In this document: one piece after another, positions 25,631 through 33,836 of the stretch | How the letters are laid out: every line of letters starts with the position of its first letter | How positions within the stretch are numbered: the first letter of the stretch is position 1 | DNA from: an uncultured Eubacteriales bacterium | GTDB taxonomy: Bacteria; Bacillota; Clostridia; Oscillospirales; Acutalibacteraceae | Assembly: GCA_964369225.1 (NCBI GenBank) | Contig: CAYJER010000005.1 | Location: 14,396 to 78,395 of the forward strand | Length of the DNA stretch: 64,000 nt | Direction: 5' to 3' | Notes under the pieces: generated by a model | What the model was told of the DNA's origin: nothing | The model's database searches: none | Seen by the model: the letters and a program-made list of their open reading frames with translations, nothing else | Translations under genes and position numbers: made by a program

Positions 25631-25857
25631 TGTAGGGGCTGGTCATTAGCCATGTAGGGGCGGATACAGAGACCAGACGTGCCTCTTGCAATTTTTGATT
25701 TAAATAAATTCGGTAAAACGCACAATTAATGTAGGGGACGGGTTTTCCGTCCCGTGGTAATTTATCTAAAATCTCTAGTTTTTCGGGACGGAAAACCCGT
25801 CCCCTACATGGCTAAATTTTCCTAATAGGCAGGTCTTGGCAGAGACCCTCCCCTACA
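25631..25857. repeat. Nested REP-like composite element inserted between two tail genes
   Basis: Outer arms lie at 25653-25689 and 25828-25857 (class GGTCT..AGAC). A conserved AT-rich linker follows, then an inner class I REPIN at 25730-25808 whose arms are identical to 5031-5109. Confidence 0.85.
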
Positions 25858-25948
25858 ATCAGTTTTAAAGTTTTTGTTTTAATATCGTATTACTACTTAG
25901 TAAAGATTTGAACTTAACAGAGTACTACATTAATTTATACAAGTTTTC

Positions 25949-26614
25949 CTAAACCAACACTATAACTGTCCCAGGGAAAATCCACCAATGCCCACTCTCC
26001 CGTGGATACCCGTTCTTTAAGGCTACACTATCAAGTAAAATTTTATTAGCATTATATATATCAGTCCACTTATTTACATCGCCATAAATTCTCTTTGCAA
26101 TAATACTCAAAGTGTCACCACTCTTAATTGTATAGCTCTCCTTTGTTTGAGTGACAGGCGGTCTGACTACTCCAGTACTCGCCTGCTCTATTAACTTTGT
26201 CTGATAATGAACATAGTCTTTCAAGCTAAGTTTCAGCACAATGTCTCCATTTTCAGCGGAAGAAAACTTCCATGATATTTCTTCTAAAGTCACTTTTTTA
26301 TTGCTAAATTCATCAGAATTCACCCCTGTAAGAACTGTGAAATCCACCACTTCTTTTGCCGACTTAATATTCTCAAGAGCAGTTATATAATACATTGCAT
26401 CAACAAACGACACATCTTCATACAACGCAAAATGATATTTACGCCTTGGCAAAATCGCAGTAAAACTATAAGAACTAAGCCCTCTATTCTTAATAATTGT
26501 AAGTTCGCTGTCATCCACAAGGCTTAAAGTAATGTTTTTATTCTTGTTTGTAACCGTAATTTCAGAGGGTGCAATCGGTAATAACATGTCCTTAATATAC
26601 ACTCTATACATCAA
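25949..26614 (-). CDS. LysM-domain tail protein (XkdP-like)
   Basis: 221 aa with a C-terminal LysM domain (YTIKSGDTLSIIAKRIYGDVNKWTDIYNANK). Confidence 0.8.
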   Translation of the reverse strand: MMYRVYIKDMLLPIAPSEITVTNKNKNITLSLVDDSELTIIKNRGLSSYSFTAILPRRKYHFALYEDVSFVDAMYYITALENIKSAKEVVDFTVLTGVNSDEFSNKKVTLEEISWKFSSAENGDIVLKLSLKDYVHYQTKLIEQASTGVVRPPVTQTKESYTIKSGDTLSIIAKRIYGDVNKWTDIYNANKILLDSVALKNGYPRESGHWWIFPGTVIVLV

Positions 26615-27111
26615 TATACACCCTCCGCACCAGAGAATAATGCCTCTTCAAGCTTTTTAGTTATCTCATTCATAATTTTTTTGCTATCCCAATCTTTAGT
26701 AAAACTATTTGTCATACCAGACAAATCTATATTTAAGTTTGAACTCTCATTTTGCAAGGATTTAGCTTGACTAAATTTTCTAAGACTATCCATTTGATTT
26801 AATTCAAGCTTGTCATCAGTCGTCAAATTATCATTAAACTGATAATTTTTCACAGCGTTTTCACTGTTTGAACTGCTAAAAAAATTGTTCGTGTTGTTGT
26901 CAACAACATTATCAATTACATTTCTATTCATAATATTACTAATCTGCGAATTACTGTAAAAAGAATTATTTAATGATTCCTGATAATTCTTCTCTTTAAT
27001 CTTTGAATTTTCACCACTAGCAACAAGAAATAATTTATCTGTAAAATTTTGAGCCAAACTGTTTTTAAAGCTATTTATCTTGTCTAAATTTTCATAAAAC
27101 AATATTATCAC
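26611..27111 (-). CDS. Very short protein in the tape-measure position (166 aa, Asn/Ser-rich, GTG start)
   Basis: It occupies the slot between the chaperone and the LysM protein, where xkdO-type tape measures lie. Its start overlaps the stop of the chaperone frameshift product, and its stop overlaps the LysM gene start. Confidence 0.5.
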   Translation of the reverse strand: MIILFYENLDKINSFKNSLAQNFTDKLFLVASGENSKIKEKNYQESLNNSFYSNSQISNIMNRNVIDNVVDNNTNNFFSSSNSENAVKNYQFNDNLTTDDKLELNQMDSLRKFSQAKSLQNESSNLNIDLSGMTNSFTKDWDSKKIMNEITKKLEEALFSGAEGVY

Positions 27112-27655
27112 CCCTTTAAAGATTCAATCTTTAAGTCTATACAAGCTATAACAAAGGCTCTTTCATTCTCACTCATGGTTAAAAACTTTTCAGGACTAAT
27201 ACTTAAATTATGGAGGCAATAGTAGGCATAATTCGCCAATCTATCGCCCCCTTTTATTAGTTTTTTGCTTCTACCACAAGCTGAGCCTCAGACTTGAACC
27301 CGTTAACCTCTAACACTTTCGCACCTAAAGCCTCATACTCTCCCGCACTGAGCATGGTTCTTAATAAGTCTTCTGCTGTTTTTACCTTATAAGAGTCTTG
27401 CAATTGAACGCTGTTTAAGTCAGGATATATCACACATCTTGAACACAATTTCGACTGATATTCTTCCGCATCAAAAAAGCTTCCATCCTTTTTATAGCTT
27501 GTGCATTCACTTCTAAGCCTACTGTTCTCAAGAGCCGTTATGCAAACAATATGCCACTTAACAGGCTCCTCATTTTCTGTAAACCTTCCAGAAACAATCA
27601 CCGTTTGCTTTTCTATTTTTTTTGCATTATCTGCTAAAAAAGCCTTAAAATCCAT
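27108..27655 (-). other. Predicted -1 frameshift isoform of the tail assembly chaperone (G/GT-like)
   Basis: The slippery heptamer A_AAA_AAC (minus strand, 27266-27260) sits immediately before the TAA at 27259-27257. The -1 frame stays open for ~50 codons (..LIKGGDRLANYAYYCLHNLSISPEKFLTMSENERAFVIACIDLKIESLKG) and ends at TGA 27110-27108. Confidence 0.6.
27257..27655 (-). CDS. Tail assembly chaperone (XkdN-like)
   Basis: 132 aa. It lies between the tube gene and the tape-measure slot, and the frameshift signal is at its 3' end. Confidence 0.65.
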   Translation of the reverse strand: MDFKAFLADNAKKIEKQTVIVSGRFTENEEPVKWHIVCITALENSRLRSECTSYKKDGSFFDAEEYQSKLCSRCVIYPDLNSVQLQDSYKVKTAEDLLRTMLSAGEYEALGAKVLEVNGFKSEAQLVVEAKN

Positions 27656-27660
27656 AAGCC

Positions 27661-28137
27661 TTACTCCATTCCGCTAATCAAACTAAACTTTTCAGGCATT
27701 TCCCAATCATCAAAAGTACCGCTTATATCCTCTGTAAGAGTTTGAGTGTTAGAGTCAAACTTAGTTAAAACTCCACCCTTAGTAAGGCAGTTCTTTAAAA
27801 TAATCGTCTGTCTTCCAACAGAACAAGCAGGGTCTTCATTACAAACCTGTATGTCCATTATTGGCAAGCTTCCATTCTTCTTATACTCAAAAAGCATCTC
27901 TCTTAATACCGATTGATTATAATGTGCAGTTGCTTTCCATGTACCTTTCCAACCAGCTGGCTTAGTACCCTTGCCTGTCTTACCCAAAATTGAAACCTCT
28001 GTAAGCTCTACTTCCATTTTAGCCTCAAACGAAATTAACTGCATAAGGTTATATCTCTTCTCACCAATCGTTATATATGCAGTCGCCAATGCCCCCGAAA
28101 TAGTATCAAAGGCTTTCATTACCGATGAATTACTCAA
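27661..28137 (-). CDS. Tail tube protein (XkdM-like)
   Basis: 158 aa, immediately downstream of the sheath gene, with the size and pattern typical of XkdM. Confidence 0.75.
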   Translation of the reverse strand: MSNSSVMKAFDTISGALATAYITIGEKRYNLMQLISFEAKMEVELTEVSILGKTGKGTKPAGWKGTWKATAHYNQSVLREMLFEYKKNGSLPIMDIQVCNEDPACSVGRQTIILKNCLTKGGVLTKFDSNTQTLTEDISGTFDDWEMPEKFSLISGME

Positions 28138-28149
28138 AACTTAACCTCC

Positions 28150-29463
28150 TTACATCACTACAACATTCATATAAAGAGCCTCCATAGCCCCAGCTACTAC
28201 TATCTCTTTAATGCTACAAACTACTTTTTCCTTGCTTTCACCTTGCGATACCACAACATTGTCAGTGCTAAATTCAGATATCGCCCTAGCCGATTGCAAC
28301 GTTTCTAGTATTTTGCAAACATCATTCCAAAACGAAATTCTACCCTGTGAATCATTAGCTACCTTGCCTAAGTACTTCCCATTAAACAAACTAGCAATCG
28401 CATTTGCAATGCTAAAACAAATTCTAACAGTTTGATTAGATGCAAAATCCTCGCCTTTTTCATAGCTAAAACTTACAAGACTGTTAATGTCTCTTAACAC
28501 AGAGGCTCTGCCATTCACACTGTGGAAAGTAAACCTACCCTCTTTTATTTTTTCCTTAAGTTGCGCCTGATTATAAGCAAGGTCTACACTTAGCTCACCA
28601 TCATAAGTTCTGCCTGTAAGTGTCTGCCCAGCTTGTGCCGAACTTTGAGCGCCTGCCACCCAATAAACTAAACCCCATTCTGGCAAGCCAGATAAAACTT
28701 CATTTTCTATGTTTATAAGACCCTCCCAGTCAGCCTCATTTGCCCTGTAACAGACAAGCTGAAAGTTAGCGCCAGTCTCTTCACACATTCTTTGAGTATA
28801 CGCCTTAAACACTGCAATTGTATCTTGACTTTCTGTAGGACAAGCCAAAATATCATAGCTATAACTCTCCATAAAATTAAGGAAATTTATATAATCTTGC
28901 CCTGTAATAGTTTGGGCATTTTCGCCACCCTCAAGTTGTAAGAAAGTCGCTGTATTAAGACTTGTGTCTCTTAAGAAATCAACATAATCATTGTTTTTAA
29001 GGTCAATAGCAGATATAACCTCTTGTGAATCTACAAGCAAATAATCAACATAAGTACTTACCCAATAGTAACCAGAGTTATCTATGCTATTCCTTATAGA
29101 AATACTAATGTCATTGCCTCTAATTCCGCTGTATTTAGCAGTGCAATAAATATTTCTCGCCTTTTGAGCCGAGCTGCCAAGCCTATAGGCTAGAACCTCT
29201 TTCGCATTTTTAAATAATTCCCTTATAGCAATTAACTCATCATCTGAATAGTCATAGCCTAATTTTTTAACACAGTCATCAAAAATTGTTTCTGAATTAA
29301 GTCTTATCACCTCATTTTCTGCACCCCAATCCAAAATCAATGGAACAGCCACAGTTCCTCTCTCTGATATTCCCTGTGACACCACCGAGGGATTAGTAAA
29401 ATTAATATAAGTACCCGGGAGTATCTTGTCTTGATAACTCCAATTACCTCCGCCTAACGCCAT
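28150..29463 (-). CDS. Contractile tail sheath protein (XkdK-like)
   Basis: 437 aa. The N-terminal GGGNWSYQDKILPGTYINF is characteristic of this sheath family. Confidence 0.8.
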   Translation of the reverse strand: MALGGGNWSYQDKILPGTYINFTNPSVVSQGISERGTVAVPLILDWGAENEVIRLNSETIFDDCVKKLGYDYSDDELIAIRELFKNAKEVLAYRLGSSAQKARNIYCTAKYSGIRGNDISISIRNSIDNSGYYWVSTYVDYLLVDSQEVISAIDLKNNDYVDFLRDTSLNTATFLQLEGGENAQTITGQDYINFLNFMESYSYDILACPTESQDTIAVFKAYTQRMCEETGANFQLVCYRANEADWEGLINIENEVLSGLPEWGLVYWVAGAQSSAQAGQTLTGRTYDGELSVDLAYNQAQLKEKIKEGRFTFHSVNGRASVLRDINSLVSFSYEKGEDFASNQTVRICFSIANAIASLFNGKYLGKVANDSQGRISFWNDVCKILETLQSARAISEFSTDNVVVSQGESKEKVVCSIKEIVVAGAMEALYMNVVVM

Positions 29464-29619
29464 CTAAATTCTCCTCTCTTTATAACTATTTATTATTTCT
29501 CTCACTTCTTCTAAGCTGTACTCAACATCTTTTTCAAGCAAGGCTTTTACTAAATCCTTTTCAAGGTAAAACTCCTTAGAGTCAGCAATTTGCCCTACTA
29601 AATATTTACTGTTCTGCAT
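29464..29619 (-). CDS. Small hypothetical phage protein (51 aa)
   Basis: This ORF is not in the track. It translates as MQNSKYLVGQIADSKEFYLEKDLVKALLEKDVEYSLEEVREIINSYKERRI, and its stop abuts the sheath ATG. Confidence 0.35.
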   Translation of the reverse strand: MQNSKYLVGQIADSKEFYLEKDLVKALLEKDVEYSLEEVREIINSYKERRI

Positions 29620-30010
29620 ATAAAAGCTCTCCCATATAGTCTTTATTCACGCCCTCTCTCACACTAAACGAATATTGAACCGTAAGCGTTAGAGTTTCTT
29701 TTTCTATTTTCTGCTCTTTTATATAACCTCTAATAGAAAAATCCTCATCTAAACTTACAAGCTCAACTGCCCTGTGCAAAAGCACAGAGCAGTCATATAG
29801 GTTTGATACATCTTCATCATATTTTTTAATGCTAAATTCAAGACTGTATTTAGTAAGCCTAGAGGGCAAAGGTTGCGACTTAACACTAGTTAAAGCTATT
29901 ATAAAAGAAGCTTTCTGCATTCCCTGTTCTACAGGAGGTTTAAATATTTTCTCATTTGGAAAGACTACTTTAATGCCTTTACAAAGAGCCTCATAAACAT
30001 CATTAACCAT
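29606..30010 (-). CDS. Head-tail joining or tail completion protein (unassigned)
   Basis: 134 aa counted from ATG 30010, which follows the upstream stop. The track ORF starting at 30124 overlaps the upstream gene by 110 nt. Confidence 0.4.
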   Translation of the reverse strand: MVNDVYEALCKGIKVVFPNEKIFKPPVEQGMQKASFIIALTSVKSQPLPSRLTKYSLEFSIKKYDEDVSNLYDCSVLLHRAVELVSLDEDFSIRGYIKEQKIEKETLTLTVQYSFSVREGVNKDYMGELLYAEQ

Positions 30011-30014
30011 AAAT

Positions 30015-30362
30015 TTAAATCCATCTTTCAAATATTTCAACTGGTATTTCCTTGTGTCTGCTATAAATTCGCTGAATTCCAGAACGTATAAAAGTTTGCT
30101 CCTGTGAATTTTTTCTAACAACAATCTTAGAGCCTAACGGAATGTTATAATCCTTTTCAACTAGCAACACAGCAATTTCTTTAGCAGTCTTTTTCTCGTC
30201 TCCACTTAAAGAGCTGTGACTAGTCTTATATGTAAGTGTGCATGGAATATCTTTATATAAAATTTTTTCTATATATTCAGCAATTGCACTTCCTTCAATA
30301 ATCTCACGAACATACACATCACAAGAATCATGTCTCATAAAATAAGTGCCACGGTTCACCAC
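30015..30362 (-). CDS. Head closure / head-tail adaptor-like protein
   Basis: 115 aa. The call rests on position and size in the head-completion module. Confidence 0.4.
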   Translation of the reverse strand: MVNRGTYFMRHDSCDVYVREIIEGSAIAEYIEKILYKDIPCTLTYKTSHSSLSGDEKKTAKEIAVLLVEKDYNIPLGSKIVVRKNSQEQTFIRSGIQRIYSRHKEIPVEIFERWI

Positions 30363-30697
30363 AGTATCCTCCTGTATTTCGAGATTTTATACTCTGTTAT
30401 ACGAGAATACTCTTCTGCAATATCCCAAAGAGAAGTGCCAGCCTTGTAACTAGCACTAACTAAACCCTCTTTTACACTGGTAACATCTCTCTCGCCTTTA
30501 GCCATAAGGTCATCTTTAATAAGTAAACCTGTTGCAATCTCGGCTACTAAATAGTTTGCCTGTTCGTCTAACTCTTCAACATGAGTCAAAAGCTCGTTTA
30601 TCGCCCTTTCTATACACCTATCGACCCGTGGGTCATCAAGTTCTGAAAGGCTTAAATCCTTTAGTCTTTCACTAATTATCGCTCTTATCTCTGGCAT
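30356..30697 (-). CDS. Head-tail connector-like protein
   Basis: 113 aa counted from ATG 30697 (MPEIRAIISERL...). The longer track ORF (to 30880) would overlap the capsid gene. Confidence 0.45.
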   Translation of the reverse strand: MPEIRAIISERLKDLSLSELDDPRVDRCIERAINELLTHVEELDEQANYLVAEIATGLLIKDDLMAKGERDVTSVKEGLVSASYKAGTSLWDIAEEYSRITEYKISKYRRILW

Positions 30698-30701
30698 AGG
30701 C

Positions 30702-31754
30702 TTAACCCTTAGAAAGTATTCTACAAATTGGAATAGCCTTATGATTAATATATGTTCTACTATCCTCTGTAGCCTCACCAGAATGAACCAGTGTCCAGTT
30801 AGCTCCCTTTTCAAGCTCTGCATCAGTAGGTGATAAACTAGCCTGTGAAGACTTTTCATAAGATATTCCATAAGGAGCAAACACTTTTCTTTGTCTCATA
30901 TAAAGTGTGTCTTCACCGCCGTTTGTCTTAGGATCTCTAGCAATTTCAAAAGGCACTTTAGCACCGATATCTTCATAAAAAATTGAACCAGCACCTAGAA
31001 CATAACTAGTATAAATGTCATCTGAACCACTGGTGTCAATCGGCATATTGTCGTCCACTAAAACTAGTTTACCATTCCACGTTCCAAGCTCTAAATCTCT
31101 TGTAATCCCGTCTTTATCTGTGTACTTTAGGTGCTCAATAAGCTGTAGATTTTCAAGATTTGTCGCAACATCGGAGTGCATAATAACCATTGCGAATTTC
31201 TTTTTATTTGCCCCACAAGCCTTATTAATTGCCCTGTTAAGGCTTGTAGCTGTCATGTTTCCATCACTCTCGGCGGTAATATCGCTTGTGTGATTAGTAA
31301 CAAACTCTGTATTCTTAGTGCCGGTCATAGAGAAAATACCTTTAAGCGACGCTAGAATAGAATTTTGGTCTATGCTGTCTTGATACTCGGCAACCTGAGA
31401 TGCCACGTTTTCCATAAAGTCAACACCGCCTGTAACATCATAAGAGAAATCTCTCTCAATCCAAGCCTTAGCCCTACCGACAACAATTACACCTTGCTCA
31501 AAAGTCTTAGTTCCTGTGGCAGTGATATCAGTTTGTCCGTCATAGTTAAGCGCATCGCCATCAATCATACCACGCATTGCCATTCTCGCATAGTTTGCAC
31601 CATCTTGCGAGGTAAAAGCCTCTTTGATATCAACATTCGAGGCAAGCGCACCACATTTTTTAAGCTCGTTCATTTTAAGGTTTGGAACTCTGTCAACCAT
31701 ATAACGAAAAGCCTCTGCATTAAAACTCTTTGAATTAAATTTTGAATTTGCCAT
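30702..31754 (-). CDS. Major capsid protein
   Basis: 350 aa. It follows the scaffold gene, and its size and composition are typical of Firmicute HK97-fold capsids. Confidence 0.65.
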   Translation of the reverse strand: MANSKFNSKSFNAEAFRYMVDRVPNLKMNELKKCGALASNVDIKEAFTSQDGANYARMAMRGMIDGDALNYDGQTDITATGTKTFEQGVIVVGRAKAWIERDFSYDVTGGVDFMENVASQVAEYQDSIDQNSILASLKGIFSMTGTKNTEFVTNHTSDITAESDGNMTATSLNRAINKACGANKKKFAMVIMHSDVATNLENLQLIEHLKYTDKDGITRDLELGTWNGKLVLVDDNMPIDTSGSDDIYTSYVLGAGSIFYEDIGAKVPFEIARDPKTNGGEDTLYMRQRKVFAPYGISYEKSSQASLSPTDAELEKGANWTLVHSGEATEDSRTYINHKAIPICRILSKG

Positions 31755-31772
31755 TTAAATACCCCCATTAAA

Positions 31773-32282
31773 TTAATTATTTTTTGTTGTAAAATATTCA
31801 CATAGTTCTGTATAAGTCATCTCTGTCGGCGCCTTATACGCTTCGTCCGCCTTTTCGGCTGGTTTTAATCCTTTCAGTTCGGCGTTTCCAAAAAGAAAAG
31901 CATCCGATTTTTTCAAAGAATCAATCTGCTCTTCTATCCCGCTTAAATTGCCATCGTCTGAAAGGATTAACTGCTCTTTGTCGAGCAAGGCATATACAGC
32001 CTTTTGATTTTTCGCCCCACAAGCTACAAGCGCCTTGTCAACTGCGTTTTGCAATCGTATGTCTTTAATCTGCTTTTGGTAGGACTCTTCATTTGCCATA
32101 TGCTCTTGATTTTGTAGTTTCAGTTTTTCAAAGTCATTTTTAAGAACATAGTTTTCAGTCAATTCTTTTAAAACTTCTTCTAACTTTTCCTCATCCAAAC
32201 TATCACCAAAAATCTTTTCAAATAAGTCTTTAATTTGTCTCACCTCCTTATTATATAGAATACCACCCACCACCACTGACAT
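31773..32282 (-). CDS. Scaffolding protein (GP20-like)
   Basis: 169 aa. Coiled coil with the C-terminal motif AVYALLDKEQLILSDDGNLSGIEEQIDSLKKSDAFLF. Confidence 0.65.
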   Translation of the reverse strand: MSVVVGGILYNKEVRQIKDLFEKIFGDSLDEEKLEEVLKELTENYVLKNDFEKLKLQNQEHMANEESYQKQIKDIRLQNAVDKALVACGAKNQKAVYALLDKEQLILSDDGNLSGIEEQIDSLKKSDAFLFGNAELKGLKPAEKADEAYKAPTEMTYTELCEYFTTKNN

Positions 32283-32396
32283 TCAATGACCAGCACCAGC
32301 GTGCCGCTGGATCCAAATTCACACCAGCGTGACGCTGGACCCAAATTCGCACACCTAATATATATTTAACTATTGCTTATTCACCTGCGACCAACT
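32283..32396. repeat. Mosaic repeat module: tandem 28-nt hairpin unit (CACCAGCGTGMCGCTGGAYCCAAATTCR x2) plus the conserved TCGCACAC...CCTGCGACCAACTTTAAT block
   Basis: Tandem units lie at 32295-32322 and 32323-32350. The downstream block is homologous to 302-372. Confidence 0.6.
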
Positions 32397-32462
32397 TTAA
32401 TCAAAAAATCCGCAAGGATTTTCACATCCACTCTTAGCTCTTCACTCTTAGCTCTTCACTAA
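32397..32462 (-). repeat. Stop-codon-rich terminator cassette repeat, copy 1 of 4
   Basis: The minus strand reads TTAGTGAAGAGCTAAGAGTGAAGAGCTAAGAGTGGATGTGAAAATCCTTGCGGATTTTTTGATTAA. It overlaps the last 5 codons and the stop of the portal gene. Confidence 0.75.
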
Positions 32463-33812
32463 TTCTGCATTTATATCATCAACCCACGGATGATGTGCAA
32501 CAACTGTTTCTCTCGAAATAATCTCTTGTGATTTTATACAATTCTCAATAAGCTCTGTCTCATTAATCAAAATATCCCTATTAAAAATTATTTCGGCAGT
32601 CTTTCCAGTAGTGTCAACATACTCCACCAACTGCAAATAAATATTCACAAACTGCAAAATCTGCATAAAAGAAGCCTGTAACTCATTTTCCATGTCATTT
32701 GCATCAAGGTCTATGTCAGAATAAATACTTCTAATACTTATCTGGTTTTGTGCGCTTATAGAAATCCCCTCGTCTCTTGCCTCGAAACCTCTTGCGTTTT
32801 GAGTGATCGCCCTTGAAATCATTTTAATTATCATTTCATAATTATCTGAGTTCACCTCAATTCTAAGCACATCAACACCGCCAGAACTTCCCTCTTGTGT
32901 CCTTGTTTTAATAGCCCCATAACAAGAAAGATTTTTCCTAAATTCGCCTAAATCAGTGCCGTCATAATTCTTAAGAACAAGTATACTGTTCCTTACATTT
33001 TCTTCCATGTTGTTTACAAAGTCAGATAACAATAAATTAAGGCTATCTTGTAACTGCTTAACTTTATTTATAAGCGGAATTTCCTTAGCATTAGCCTTAA
33101 TAGGAATAAGCGGAAGATACTGCCAATTATACCCTAGTCCGCCTATGCTAAGATACGGTCTCTCATTGTCTTGCTTTACAAGTGTGTCATTATCCATCTC
33201 ATAGCTAGTAACACCGCTTACTTTGTAGACATCCACCATAGTGACAGTCCTTTTTTCTTTGCCCTCATAGCGTTCAAGCTCATACACTCTTACAGCACAG
33301 TCAAGCTCTGTGTGTAGACTGTCTTTCCAAAAAGGACAAACCTCCTCACCAGAAAAAACTTTAAACTTAAGTTCTCCATAATCGTCTACATAAGGATAAA
33401 TCCATGCAATTCCACCTATAATAGCCTCTTCACCTGCAAGCTTTAAAGAACGCATGAACCTATTGTCAAGTATTTTTTTAAGGTGCAAATAATATTCATC
33501 ATCATTACACTTAAAAGTTACAGCCTTGCCCAAAATATAGTTCTTTTTTTGATCTACAAGCCTAGCATATCTATTATCAACCACAATGTTATTAGGCAGA
33601 TTGCTAACCTCTTCCACCTCGCCACTTCTGCCTATAGCAGTCCTCTTTCTCTCTTTAATGTCGTGTTCACCCAGATAATATTTTTTGCCTGTAAGCATAT
33701 CATTTCTTGAGCTACTCGCTAGCCAATCAGATATTTCTAAGGCAAAAAATTCCTCCTCATTTAAACTATTCTGCTTTATTCTAGCATTGATTAAATCATT
33801 TTCGTTTACCAT
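32448..33812 (-). CDS. Portal protein (SPP1 gp6-like)
   Basis: 454 aa. The motif GKKYYLGEHDIKERKRT is typical of this portal family, and the gene lies downstream of the terminase. Confidence 0.8.
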   Translation of the reverse strand: MVNENDLINARIKQNSLNEEEFFALEISDWLASSSRNDMLTGKKYYLGEHDIKERKRTAIGRSGEVEEVSNLPNNIVVDNRYARLVDQKKNYILGKAVTFKCNDDEYYLHLKKILDNRFMRSLKLAGEEAIIGGIAWIYPYVDDYGELKFKVFSGEEVCPFWKDSLHTELDCAVRVYELERYEGKEKRTVTMVDVYKVSGVTSYEMDNDTLVKQDNERPYLSIGGLGYNWQYLPLIPIKANAKEIPLINKVKQLQDSLNLLLSDFVNNMEENVRNSILVLKNYDGTDLGEFRKNLSCYGAIKTRTQEGSSGGVDVLRIEVNSDNYEMIIKMISRAITQNARGFEARDEGISISAQNQISIRSIYSDIDLDANDMENELQASFMQILQFVNIYLQLVEYVDTTGKTAEIIFNRDILINETELIENCIKSQEIISRETVVAHHPWVDDINAELVKS

Positions 33813-33836
33813 ACGACTTCCTTTCTTCTTGACTTT

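Noticed and set aside
32277-32290. A 14-nt exact repeat TGACATTCAATGAC (also at 35617-35630) as a phage regulatory or pac-type site.
   Set aside because: In 64 kb of AT-rich sequence read on both strands, several 14-mer coincidences are expected by chance. There is no extended similarity around either copy.
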